This document shows positions 12,780 to 25,412 of a stretch of DNA of 64,000 nucleotides, piece after piece. Source of the DNA: Camelus ferus (Eukaryota). The notes beneath the pieces are model-generated. The model was not told the DNA's origin. It saw only the letters and a list, made by a program, of their open reading frames with translations, and did not search any database. Positions within the stretch are counted from its first letter, which is position 1. The number at the start of each line of letters is the position of its first letter. Position numbers and translations under genes: made by a program. The DNA lies in the NCBI RefSeq assembly GCF_009834535.1, contig NC_045707.1, forward strand, positions 62,498,001 through 62,562,000, read 5' to 3'.

Positions 12780-13060
12780 CTTACGTTATTAAAGTCCTTT
12801 GTGACTCTGCTTTTTCAGCCTGTGCAAATCACTTTGCACGTGTCTCAGCTCGTGACTTAATACAGCTGCTAGGGCCTGGCTGGTTAATAATGCTAACAAA
12901 CGTTGAAAACCGTCAATTATCTTGGCAGTGGCTGTTATCTGACCCTGAATGACTGGGTTGCATTTAGATGAGCTCACCTTAACTTGCTGTTATCTTTTGG
13001 GAGTTTCACCTTAATGCTTCTGAGTGGGAAAGCCAAGTGTAAAGCGAAGTGAGTAAATCC
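12780..13060. promoter_or_regulatory. Candidate enhancer (GATA/E-box cluster)
   Basis: Repeat-free. TTATCT at 12917, 12935 and 12990; CACGTG at 12837; CAGCTG at 12863; retained CpGs. Confidence 0.35.
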
Positions 13061-13545
13061 TGCCCTGCCTGCTTGCAGGGTATGAATGTGTAAAGGAATT
13101 AAAGTGTACAGAGCACATTACTAGCTCCATAGCTTGGTCTAAATATATCTTAGGTTTTGTCGGAACTGACCTTTGGGAACTGCTGATTCTTGGGAGATTG
13201 AAGAATTCTTAACATTTACACCTTCCAGAACTATCTAATGGGTTCTAGTTCACTTTTCACTGTGTTTCCCTGTGGATAGAAATTAACAGATACCTCATAT
13301 GCTTTCTGTACAGATCCTGAGTATGATTTTAATGATTATGATGATTACAGTTTAAGCACTATCAATATTTAGTTCATAGAGCTACCAGATTTGGGAGGAT
13401 GGTGGAATAAAGGGCAAGATCTATTCTAAAATAATATATGCCATGAATCATGACTTACAGAACTGTTTCCCATTCTATGGACACTATATTAAACAACAAA
13501 AAACACGAAGAATAACTTGTGTAAGCGAGAAAATGTATTAAATTG

Positions 13546-14357
13546 ATTTCACAGTACACAAATATTTTCACCGTAACTAGTTGGCTGGAAGGCAATTTTG
13601 CCATGAAAGATAAAATAACTGGTTGGCAGTTTTTGGTCTACCAGTGTGGTTTCAACTAGTTGAAACGTACTGGCATCTCTTCTAGTTCACAACACTGATG
13701 GCTTTATTGAACGGACAGATGATGATGGTTTGTTCCAAGTGCTTGTTTCTTATTTTGAAACACACCATATCAGAGGAGAACAAAGTTGAGGGCCTCAAAG
13801 GTGCAGAGCTGAACCCACGTTTCTCGTAGGACTTTGGAACATCTATCAGTGGACATGTGACAGTACGCCAAGAACAAATGACAGTGTGGAGACTTTCACA
13901 ACAAATACAAAGCTCAGCTGCAAATATGCATCCTGATGCTTGGAACTTGATACCTTTCTTAATGAGGGAGAAATTTTAGCAAAAAAGAAGAAATGAGATG
14001 CTGAATGAGGAAATGACTCAACAAGCCATTTGTGTATGTGTGCATATATAACCACAAATGGAAGACAAGTGCTTAAGTACAACCCACAAAATAAAAATCA
14101 GTTATCTGCCCTATGAATCTACACACATTTTAAATGTATTCAAATATTTTGTATTTCTCAATAAAGTGTTTTTAATTTTGCCATTTGTTATTTGTTTCTC
14201 AAGTTTCATTATGTCCTTTTTGAATATACTTCTTTTATTTTTCATTATTTTATGTTTGACAACAAAATTGCCTTTTGGCCAGTTAGTTCAATGCTATAAA
14301 AATGTTACTGCGAAAATGCTTGTGGCAAAGATGATTGTGGCAAAGATACTGGACATG
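13546..14357 (+). mobile_element. Internally deleted Mutator-like (MULE/MuDR) DNA transposon with degenerate TIRs and transposase C-terminal relic
   Basis: Inverted termini at about 13546-13618 and 14245-14357. Broken frames read LVSYFETHHI, LWNIYQWTCDSTPRTNDSVE, MHPDAWNLI and MNLHTF* (stop 14131-14133). Confidence 0.85.
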
Positions 14358-17300
14358 GACTGCATCAAATAGGAAGTTTCACTGTGGAAAGAAATTCTCG
14401 GCAGAGGATTTTCAATGCTTTTGAACAAAAATTCAGTCTGAAATAATGTTTATGTGGCAGACTGCAGAAACACAGTGTTCTGTATTTTATAGTTATTATA
14501 AATAGACTCTACTTCAATGGGATCATCCCTATAATTACATAGTACTTTACTGACATAGACTGGTGAAATGTTTAAACTTATCTGTAATAAATAAAGTTAT
14601 TAGAAAGTCAGTACTATCAGCTGACTTACCTTTCAATTTTCAATCAATCCTATATTTACACAAAAATTACTACTTCAGCAAAAGATACTTCCAAATATTT
14701 TCTTTCATGTTCAGCATAATTTTGTTTTACTTGTAAATTTAAAGAACGTTCAGGAGAATGGATGAGATAGTTCCAATTATGTGATAAGCCTTAGTCAACA
14801 TGGTGCCCCTCACTGGTGGATCACACATAGGGTTCTTTTTGTTGTTATTGCTGGTTAACAATTGTCAATTTCCAGGAGCATGTTCTGAATAATAATGAAT
14901 AGCTCAGCCAGTTACTAATTTTAGCTGTTTTTTTGAACATTTTTGAGCAGTAAGCTTACTTTCACTCACTCATCTTGCAGATATACTTACTGAAACCCTT
15001 AATAAGAAATTACACATAAAGCTGAAGTAATGTGTTAGCTAACTAAAAATTTTAAGAAGGATTACCACTTTATCTTCTTTACTAAAAGTAATACAAACTC
15101 TTCCATGATAAATTCTCCCAAGAAATACAAGTGAAATCCTCATGGTTTCTTTTTTGTTTTGTTTCCTTTTTCTCATCCCTAGCAGATACTTGAATGAAAG
15201 GAAGGACTCTGACAGCGTACTTGGTGTGACTGTTTCTTGGGAACATTGGTCTCAAGCTGATCAAAGATATTTTCCAAAACAAAATTGTGCAATGCATATG
15301 TTCTCAATTTGGCAGGGAACCATTTCTCATATATTTTCCCCTTAGTGTCAAAGGAATAATAGAATTTTGTGAAATTATATGTTACTGTGCTCCTGCCTAA
15401 CTCTAGCCTTGATTCTCAAAAAGGCTTTTCTCTAGAAAGAAAACAACCTCATTTTATATCACGACCCTGAAATTTCTTATTGTTCATAATCAAAAAACAC
15501 AGTTAAGGTGCTTTTGCTGAGATCAACAAGCTGCTGGAAATCTTGACATAATTTATTCATTGTTTTCTGTATTGAAAAATAATTGGTAGATGGTGCTACA
15601 CTTCATGTGACTGAAAATATTAATGATTGACAAGTGGTACATTTTTAATGACTTGGATCAAGACTTTGAGGCTCCCTTCCTGCAAATGTGGTGGCTTTCT
15701 AGCATTTTATCTTCTTAGCTGAGAATGTAGAAATTAAGAGTGGTAAAATAAATCGAATTATCTAGGGTTACCTATAGCTATTAGGCAGTTAACTCCAAGA
15801 ATGACAACTTTGCTGAATTTTTCATTCAAATATGGTTAAAGAAGTAATTTTATTTAGCTATTTTTGTTATCATTCAGAAAAGTGAATGGCAACTTAATTT
15901 ATATATAAAATTATAGAAATGAAGAATATCATAAATTTATTTTCCATTCTTAATTCAAGACTATCTCATCTTACTTGCCAGTGCATATTATTCCCAAAAG
16001 GATTTTGTCTAGTGGTTTATCTATTATCCAGTTAAGCTACAGAGTTTGTAAATGATAGCTTCCATCTCTTCCCTGGAGAGAGTGTTATACACTCATCACC
16101 ATTAAGAAGTCATCATCCTTAAGAAGTTTTTTGCTGACATTGGCCTAAATGCTTGTCTTCATTCTGCTTTTGAGGGTTGGAACACCTTAAATGTCATTTT
16201 TACTCGGTGTTTACACCTTTCAACACTGGTATCCCATTCACTTAATTCTGTCTATAACTTGCTTTCTAGCATCTTATATAGATTTTTTTTCTCTCCTGTG
16301 CTGGAAATACATACTAATGAAGACGCATTTGCTATTAAAGAGCATAGAGAACCCCTTGAGCGGTGGAGTAAAGGTCTAAGTTTTACTCTCTCTGCTGATT
16401 GACTGAGTGAGAGCTACTAGGCTAAAATGAAAGTCAGGGCAGAAAAGTAAATTAAGAATGAAGTGAAACTTAACATTTAAACAATTGATACAGAGGATTA
16501 GGGGAAGAAAAAGAATGTTGGAGAAAAGAAATAAACTTACTTGTTTCAATCACTGTTTTGTATAAATTCTTTCTGATTTTCCTTCAGTGTAAATAAGGGC
16601 TTGTCTTTTTTATACGTAGTCTTCCCTCAAATATCAAAAAAGAAAAAAACCCAAATATTTCAAATGTATCAAAATTCATTTTACCCCTGATATCTGATTT
16701 TTTTAGGGCACCAGCTGATCCTCCAAAAGACCACTTTGAAATTGATGCATTCCCCTTCATCAAATGTGAATGTTCTGACATTGTTGGAAAGTTATAATTT
16801 AAAGATGGACTGAGTTGAAGGGCTCATATTGCTAACTCGAAAGTGACCATGGGTTCTGGTTTACGTAGGACAGTTTTGATTTATGCCTTGACAAAGGAGA
16901 ACAGAAACTCGGGGATATAGTGAGAGTTAATCTGAGTTTATTACCAACAAGGACAGGAGAACCTGATCCAAAACAAAGAGACTGGGCTGAGTGAAATGGT
17001 GCCTGCAAAGACTCACTTAAAGAAAACTGGTAAAGCATAAGGTGGTATAAGATGATATATATAGAGAGAGAGATGATATATAGATTAGAAATGAGAGAGG
17101 AAAAAAAAAAAACCTCTGGATCACAATCTCTGTGGGGTGAAGCATATAGCAAAAGCCCCAGAACTTCACAAGGGAAGGTGAGCGGTGAGTGTCACCAAGC
17201 TTTTGTTTTGTCAGTTCAGAATTTGTTGGCTGTAGTGGACACCAGGACAGGCCAATTGCTCAGTCTTTTACCCATTTATTGAGTGTAGGATAGTAGAATC

Positions 17301-17825
17301 ACAAGTTCACGATCGTCACCATTACCACCATTCTCTGACAAGCATGCTCAAAGATTCCCCAATTTATTTTTTCTTTTTTGTGCAAAATGTGGTCCCAAGA
17401 TCTTGTCTTATGTATTTTTTCCATTGAATTTTTTAATTTGTTTTTTTTTAAATTACTTTTTAAAATAGTCACATTAAAAGCCTAGAGGAGTTTTGCCTGT
17501 GTCCACTTTTCACTTCCAACCCCTGCCATGGCTCCATTTAGAAAACATGAGATGCATGAGTTTTGTAGAGTTTTCATTTAGTTAAGTCGGAAAGACTACC
17601 AGACCAGCAAAAATGCAGCTCTTTTTACTCAACCCCTCCCAAATACACCCTAACAAACACCTTTGTCCTAAATATAGCATGCAAAGTTTTTCAAGAGCAA
17701 CAATCATGGAAGACTTACCCCTTGTTACATGAAAAGTCTTCAACAGTTCTGCACCTTGCTTGATGCTAGTTGTAACATCCGCCTGTGTTGAGGCCAGTAT
17801 GCTGACACAAGATGAAGTAAGCTAT

Positions 17826-18033
17826 CAGAATGGTATGGAGATGGGGGAGGCACACATTGTCCCTGGGGCAGCCACTAAGGGGGGTGCATTCTATGTAGAG
17901 ATTTTTAAAACCAGAATAAAACTGATTAACAATTGGTATGTTTTTCTGCTTTTTATTGCCATCATGCTCCAGCAATTCTAAACAATGGCAATGACAAAAT
18001 AATGCACCCTGCCAGGGTTAACCACTTCCACTG
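17826..18033. mobile_element. Non-autonomous hAT-Tip100-type element (Arthur1/MER69-like)
   Basis: aaggggggtgcattctatgtagagatttttaaaa...ctgctttttattgccatcatgctccagcaattctaaacaatg pattern ending in ccactg. Confidence 0.6.
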
Positions 18034-18229
18034 ACAACTGGCACACACTTTGGGGCTCCAGTTGTTACGGCCTCCAGCAATTAGGCAGTGGAGGAGAACA
18101 TGGGAATGGTAATGTAGGTGGACAAGAAATTTGTGCAGGAAATTGAGACTGAGAACTAATGCCAAGGACCTAACAGAGAGCAGCTTGAATGTGTATGTTA
18201 CAGTGCTTTAGGCATATATTGTGCTGTAA

Positions 18230-19620
18230 GTCTAAAAACATGTTTATAACTGTTTTCTGCATCAGTGAACTAAAAACAAAAGTGCATGTTTAATTTAAAA
18301 ATACTTGCTAAATGTGTACTTTTCAAGAAAGTTGATTTCATCTACAATAGGAAACTTGGTGCTATGCCTGACTGGATAAAATCAGAGGAAACAAATCTGC
18401 TAAAGAGGCATCAGCACTTACTTCAAAAGTTAATGATGAATTTAGTGAGACTAGCTCTCTCCAAAGATGATGTTAAACATATGCAGCTGAAAAAGATGCA
18501 TTTCCAAGGTCATTCCATGAAACCATACATTTTATTTAAATAAAGTGACTCTTCTAAATTATTTTCACTTATTTTCAAATCTGAATTTTCCCCTGCGCAT
18601 ATAAAACGTGAAACAATTACTGTTAATGTGTTGGTTCCATTTACAAAAGGAGAATTTGCAAGCAGATAAGTACCAGTTTTTATGTTGGTGACATCAGATT
18701 CTCCAGAAGGAAAATCAGTTACATTAATTGCAAGAATAGTTCGGTACTTTTTGTATTGAACCGATAAAACTGGTATCAAGCTTTTGAAATGTCTCTGTTA
18801 AAGATGAAGCACCAGAAATAACTGGGAAGCTCCTATAACTTCAGATTAAAAGGTTCAGTATTGAAGGTAAAATAATTTCTTACAATAAAAATTAATAATT
18901 TGGTAGGGCAAAGCCTTCTGTTAATTAAAAGCCCTTAATTAAGAAACCAAAGACAGATATAATGTGTAAAAGGCTGTAAGACAAACCCAATTTATAATTA
19001 TATCCAAAAATGTTCTGATATTCTAAAATCAAAATACAAACCGTGGTTGTATTTAAACACAGATAGATTTACTGGAGTAGAAATTGTTGTTAAAAGGTGA
19101 TGTTGAACATTAAGCAGTACATCAGCATGGCAGTAGTATTTTCTATGTTGTTCATCATTAATTAGATTTTAGAAATGGTTGAGCCTTTCAAAAGTGCGTT
19201 TAAAGTCAGACAAGTGTCCTAAAATGGTATTGGACTTTTTGACAGTAAATCCTTTAAATTGTAGTTCTATTATGTTCAATATCAGTTTGAAATATTTAAG
19301 CAAGTGTTCTTCAGATGGAGCACGGAAATGTCAGCATTTTAAGCTTTTAGTAAATTGTGATTATAGAAAACAGTGTGTGCAACGGGAAGATACTGGGATA
19401 TACCACTCCAAAGACAAGGGAGGAACTAAGCGAATCAAAGGAGGGTTTAGACATTCTATCAAATTTAACTTTGAAATTTTATATTTACACTTTGGAATAT
19501 CTCAGTGTGTGGGGAAGTTCTTTAATGGAGCTGCTGATTTATTTGATAATAATTGAAAATGTCCCTTGGAAAAGGATATTTGAATTGGGAAAGGGGATCA
19601 AAGTAGCAACATTACTGTAT
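18230..19620 (+). pseudogene. hAT transposase relic (Blackjack-like), multiply disrupted
   Basis: Frame from about 18544 reads SSKLFSLIFKSEFSPAHIKRETITVNVLVP...FMLVTSDSPEGKSVTLIARIVRYF...GIKLL. Later pieces read QHGS, ILEMVEP, KCPKMVLDF and TREEL...LKFYIYTLEYLSVW. Confidence 0.8.
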
Positions 19621-21439
19621 AGATTGCTTTTATCTTTTATTATTCAGGGTATTTGTTCAGCTTAGAGATGAAACACACACATCCATAGCTCATGAATTTG
19701 GACATCCACTTATACACACATGTGGATACGCATACTTGTGTTTTCAAAAAAAATCTGTGCACATATGTATATGTGCGTTTACACAAAAATAAAATTTATG
19801 TGTGGCACTGTGTGTGTGTATATATATGTATAGGTTTGTGTGTGCGTGCATAGTGAAATGTCTGCAAGAACAGAAAAACTTTATTCCTTCATTTTGCTCA
19901 ATTGATATGATCTACCATACAATCAGAAGTTAAGGATCTGGAGATGAAAACTGTATTGAATATTTTCCTGTTACTTAAGTCAGGCTCATCTGGGATCATT
20001 TCAAGAAAGTTTCTTCTTCTTTAACAACTTTGAGTTTTATTTAGAATTTGTTTGCACATACTTAAAATGAAGCATATCATGAAAATTCTTTAAAGTTCAC
20101 CATATCCAATCCTTCCACCCTTCTCAAAGCCAGTCACTTCAGGTCTTTATCAGAAATCACTGGCTGTGTTTGAAAAGTATCCTTTACAAGATTCTTATGT
20201 AGTATGTTTTTGTGGCACACAAAACACCCTTATGATATTCCTATTATCTTGCCTTTAATATGTTGATACTTAAATATTTTAGTCTTCTGTTGTGTTGTCA
20301 ATTTCACATTTAATAGATCCAAGTGTTAGTGATGGGGAAGACAAGGAAATCTCTGAATGGCATCTCTCCTCATCCAAAATCATTTTTATTATGAAAACAA
20401 AGGGTGATTTTAATCTCTCCATGAAAAATTAGTCCAAAAAAACCCAACTTAGCAAACACAATGTATCTTACCTCAATGCACTTATTAGTTAAAAACTAAT
20501 CAAGTGTATTTTCAAAGATCTGAAGCTGCTTTATAAAATAATGAATTGAAAATTAGGATATACTAGTGGTAAAATTAGTCAAATATACTGATAAAGGGAA
20601 AAGCAGAAATCCATGAAAAAAAAAGCTTGTCTTTTTATTATATTGAAAAGTTATAAGTAATACAGTCATATACTTGACAGTTTGAACTTTCCAATTACTC
20701 ACTTATTTACCACTTCAAATTCATTCAAAGCTGTCAAAATCAAAACAAAGTCAAATGAATCTTATTATCTCTGATGTGCAGAAAAGCAGAGAAATCTTAG
20801 CAAGTTCCCAGAAACATTTAATAAACATTTATCATGTGCCACACACAGTGCTAAACACAGAATACAAGCATACCTGTGAAATATCTATCTTGGTCTAGTT
20901 GAGCTGTCTAATTGAAAAAATAGATACGCAAGCAGTTTGAAATATAACATGAAAGCACTAAAAAGTATATATTAATTTATATTTTACAAAACATTAATAC
21001 TTGTAGAAAAATTCCTTCTTTTTCAGAAATGATTTAAGTATTCTGCACAAACTACTATCTTCGCATGATTTTAAGTAAGAGGGAGGAAATAAACTGGAAA
21101 AAGTAATCCATGTAACCCTTCAAAACTGAACAAAGAAGGCAAGCATTGTACAATGAAAACAATTTTTATTTACTCAATTCCCACATGCAATTGCTTTTAC
21201 ATTAGTTTGTTTGTCTACTTCATGCTCTTTTCTGTCTCTGCCATTACTTCCACTTGTATATGCACTTCACAGCTTTCATCCATTTCTTTTGTATTTTGAA
21301 GAGGCAACACGGAATGTGATTTGGGGACCAACTGAGAGTTTTGTAAAATTTAAGCATACTCTAATCATGAATGACAATTTTTTTTTCTTTGAGTACAATG
21401 GACATTTCTAAACTGAAGCAGTTAGGTGTGAGAAGCAAA

Positions 21440-21960
21440 GAAACACTTAGTGAAGTCACTTATTAGACCTGGCTTCATTAAAGAAAGTTCACTTGCATTG
21501 TGCTTCAGAAACTGTCAGCGTAAACGGAATTGTCTGTATTTTAAGTGAAAGAGTGCTTAATTAAACTTACCAAAATGAGAGTCTTGATGAATTAGCACAT
21601 TATGTTTTTTATCTATTTAGAAACTATTGCTGAGTTTTCAATATGCTTAATAGGTTCACCTGCTTAACGTTCGACATTGATATTATTAGCCACGGAATGG
21701 GTGGAATTAGCCTCCCGATGGTCATGAGGAACGACCATGTTGATCCTCATTAGCATCAATTACCTTTGCAACCCTTGAAGCAAAGCATGAGTTCTAATCA
21801 GCTTAATTACATTCTCCTCTGTGTGAAGGAAATGGCTGCATTGAAGCTTCTGGAACTCAGGTATAGGCGCTACGTCTGGTATCTTAGTCTAAATAATGCT
21901 GAAGTAACGAACAGCTGACATAAAGCCAACAAAAATGAATGTCTGTTGTGGTACAGCTGT
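21440..21960. promoter_or_regulatory. Candidate conserved non-coding element (homeobox-motif rich)
   Basis: Repeat-free. About 10 CpGs in 400 bp against a CpG-poor background; many TAAT/ATTA cores including TTAATTAA and CTTAATTA. Confidence 0.35.
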
Positions 21961-22899
21961 GACTTCCCTCTCTCACATCTTTTTGTCTCACACGCTTACT
22001 CACCTGACTGAAGGTGCTTCCCCTACCTGAGATGTGCTGTCTCCTAGACTGACTTGCCACCTCTTCTATTCATAATTAATTGGGTTAATCCAGTCACATT
22101 AACAAACAAAATTTGTCTCCAAATAAACAGGGTCAATAGGAAGGGGCAGTGAGTATTTCGGCAATAGTACCTTCTATCTCAGGGGCAAAGAGGAGAAAAT
22201 GTCTGCAATGTCCTGGTGCCTCTTAATGACTTTTAGCCAGTCTTCTCCTTCCAGAGAATTATCTTTTTTTTTTTTTTTTAACCAACTACATTACTCTCTG
22301 CATTTACTGTAGAATCTGCCTTTGGTTTATAACTATCCATTACACAAACTTCTGCAAATATTCTCAGAAAATTCATTAAAATGAATAACTCATTAACAAA
22401 GAGCATATATTTTCCCTTTTTACCAAAAAAAATTCATCTACGTTTCACTTCAAACCTTAACTCCAGCTTTTACGCTGAATAACATTCAGTATACAAACAT
22501 TTACTCCTCCTTCCATAGCTCTGCATGACCAGAAAAACCAGTGTTAGCATTCTTTTAAACACAGTCCGAAAATGCCTTTTCCATTCTGTCAAGATAATAT
22601 TTTAAGTGGCCATACCAGCCAGCTGGGGTCAGCACTCAAGATGAAGACTGTTTACCTTTCCTTGTCATGTACTTAGTTATGAATTTAAAAAGTAACAAAA
22701 ACAAAACTACCCTATTCTCAAAAACAAAACAAAACAAAGCTGCTCACACCTACCTCCACCACCACCTCCTAGCTTCTAGTGAGCTAGACTATGTCCCTAC
22801 ACCCTCCCCTACCCTGGCCCCAGGCACTTCCAGTCCTTCAAACTCATTCAAACTCATCCTTTTCTCTCAATCCAGATTCCAAGTATGGCCTCACTTCCC

Positions 22900-23570
22900 T
22901 CACAAGAAGTAAGGCAAACTTCTTGGTCAGTCACTTCCCCTGGGCTCCAGATGGCAAGGGGGTAGGATTGGGAAAGGCAACTGCTTTGTGTACCTGTCTC
23001 CCTGTAGGGTCTTCTGCTAAACTAATATCTCTGGCTCTCTCTCCCACATCTTTACTTAGGGAAGGAGAGTGAATTATCTTTGAGATAATTTAAGATAGTA
23101 TAATTTTTGAGATATATTTAAGAGAAAAAACTGAGCAAGCTTACCTTAAGTCTCTTTCCTTTGGGGAGTCAGCCTATTTATATAGATCGTGCATGATAAC
23201 CTACTCTCTGTCGTTATGGAAAGAGGTCTTCCCTTGAAGGGAAAGACTAGTAACTGTTCCAGTGACAGGTAAGCATGTTTAACTCAGGGGTGAGGAATTA
23301 GCAATTTTGTAATTTTGTTGGTTGCAGAAGGAAAGCTATGTTCTGTGATCACCTTTCATAAGAAGTAAGGTGTAACTTTGTTTTTATTATTCATACTCCA
23401 GCACCTATTTCTCAACTTGATCCATTCTTGAGTAATAAAACCTCTGTAATTTATTTGGATTCCTTAAAACCCTAACTCACAATATCTATATCCTTTTTCC
23501 TGCCTCTGATTTGCCCTATAAACCTCAATTCTTTCCTTCTTATATCTGGGTTGCTTAGCATTTCTGGGAG
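22900..23570 (+). mobile_element. Possible very old LTR remnant
   Basis: LTR-like layout with a tatttatata TATA-like box near 23175 and AATAAA near 23434. Termini not recognisable. Confidence 0.3.
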
Positions 23571-23674
23571 AAATAACATAGTTCTGTGCCTAAATATAAT
23601 TACACCTTGGTAGTCTTCATGACTTGCATCTCAGCAAGACAGTCAGCATCTAGGCATGACTAGGAGAGAAGGAG

Positions 23675-23890
23675 TTAAGAGGCTGGGTTCTAGGATTAAC
23701 ACTGCCTTGACTCATTTCTCTCTAGTTTAGGACCTTTAGGTCCTTCAGCATATTACCTTAGGTCTCTGTGTCTCAGATTCCTCATCTGTAAATGTGTAAC
23801 ATTTACCTCTGGTGGTGGCAAAGATTGAAATCACACATGCATCATACTCAAAACAGTGCATGGAAATAGTGTCAGCTATTATCAGCTTGG
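23675..23890 (+). mobile_element. MIR SINE
   Basis: Core tctctgtgtctcagattcctcatctgtaaatg. Confidence 0.75.
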
Positions 23891-23949
23891 CATTTTTTTT
23901 GTGTGTCCATCCAGGGCAAATGTCGGGTACATTTTTCAATCTTGCCTTT

Positions 23950-24417
23950 CTTCATATGTATAATAAAGCTTTTCCTTGAAGTGCTGTCTTGACCTAGTTT
24001 TGAGGCCCTGGCTAGCGGCTAGTCAATTCTTCTTGAGCAGCTAATCACAACAGTCCACGTTCAGCCACTTCTCTTATCAGTGTCTCACACCCAACCACCA
24101 TACACCATCCCTAATTGCCATTGGGCCAGGTACGAGACATACAGGGACAGCCTCTACGCTTCAGAGCCTGAGAAACTTTTCAAATTAACCAAACGGCAGG
24201 GTGCCCTTGAAATCTAGCTAACTCCACCTCACTTGCCATATATAATCTTCCCCCTATAGTTCCAGCTTGCTATCGCCCTGTTCCCACATTGTGTGGCCTT
24301 GTACAGCACATTTCTCTCATTCAGAGAGGTAAGTAGCAAAGAGTTCTGCCTTACTCTGTCAGACAGTCAGGGTGCAGTGCCCCACCATCAAAAGAATCTT
24401 TAAGTCTTATAAAATAA
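23950..24417 (+). mobile_element. ERVL-class solo LTR (MER74-like)
   Basis: Starts tataataaagcttttccttgaagtgctg...ttttgaggccctggctag; contains gggccaggtacgagacatacagggacagcc; ends aagaatctttaagtcttataaaata. Confidence 0.7.
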
Positions 24418-24534
24418 GGTATTCCTTATTCTACCTTAACAGAGTGTGTTTTCCTATACTGCACTTAAAAATGAATTATCCAGCATACACTTCTGTGAAA
24501 TCTGGTACCACATACTTTCTCCCAGTCTCCAATT

Positions 24535-25412
24535 GAAACCTCAATGAGTTATCACCTCCACTTGTTAAGATGGTTGTTATCAGGAAAAAAAAAAAAAGAT
24601 AATCCGTATCGGTGAGGTTGTCAGGAAATTGGGAACTTGTGCACTGTGGGTGAAAAGGTAAATTGATGCAGCCACTGTGGAAAACAGGATGGGGATTCTT
24701 CAAAAAAGTAGAAATAGAACTATCATATGATCCAGCAATTCTACTTCTTGTTACGTATCTGAAGCAAATCAAATTATCATCTCAAATAGATACTCTGCAC
24801 GCCCATGTTCATTGAAGCATCATTCACAATAGCCAGATATGGAACAACTCATATGTTCATTGATAGCTGAATTGAAATGTGGCATATACATACAATGGAA
24901 TATCATTCAGCCTTACAAAGGAAGGGAATCCTACCATTTGTGACATCCTAGATAGACCTGGGAGACAGTAGCTAAGTAAAATCAGTCAGCCACGGAAGAA
25001 CAAATACTGCAGAATTCCTCTTATATGAGACATCAAGAATAGTCGAAGATATTGAAATGGACAGTATAATGATGGCTGTCAGGAGATGAGGGGTAAGACA
25101 ATATGGGGAGATGTTCAATTGGTATAAAGTTACAGTAATACAAAAGTTCCAGAGATCTGGGGTACAACATAGTGCCTGTAGTTAACAATAAGGTAATGGG
25201 TACTTCAAAAATTATTCAGAGGGTAGATCTCATGTTAAGTGTTCTTACCACATAAAAAGGGAGAGAAAAACAAAAAGGAGACAACTGTTGGAGATGATGG
25301 ATCTGTTTGTAACCTGGACTGTGGTGGTGATGATGACCCAAGTCTATACATATGTTTAAACCTGCCCAACTGTATACATTAATTATGTGCAGTTTCTTTA
25401 AACCAATTATGG
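24535..25412 (+). mobile_element. 5'-truncated L1 (L1MA9/L1MB-like): ORF2 C-terminus plus full 3' UTR
   Basis: atagaactatcatatgatccagcaattctacttc (ELPYDPAIPLL motif); gggtagatctcatgttaagtgttcttaccaca; terminal tgtatacattaattatgtgcagttt. Confidence 0.92.

Noticed and set aside
14058..14372. 104-aa hydrophobic, membrane-protein-like ORF
   Set aside because: It reads through the T-rich 3' region and right TIR of the MULE relic; the hydrophobicity reflects base composition.
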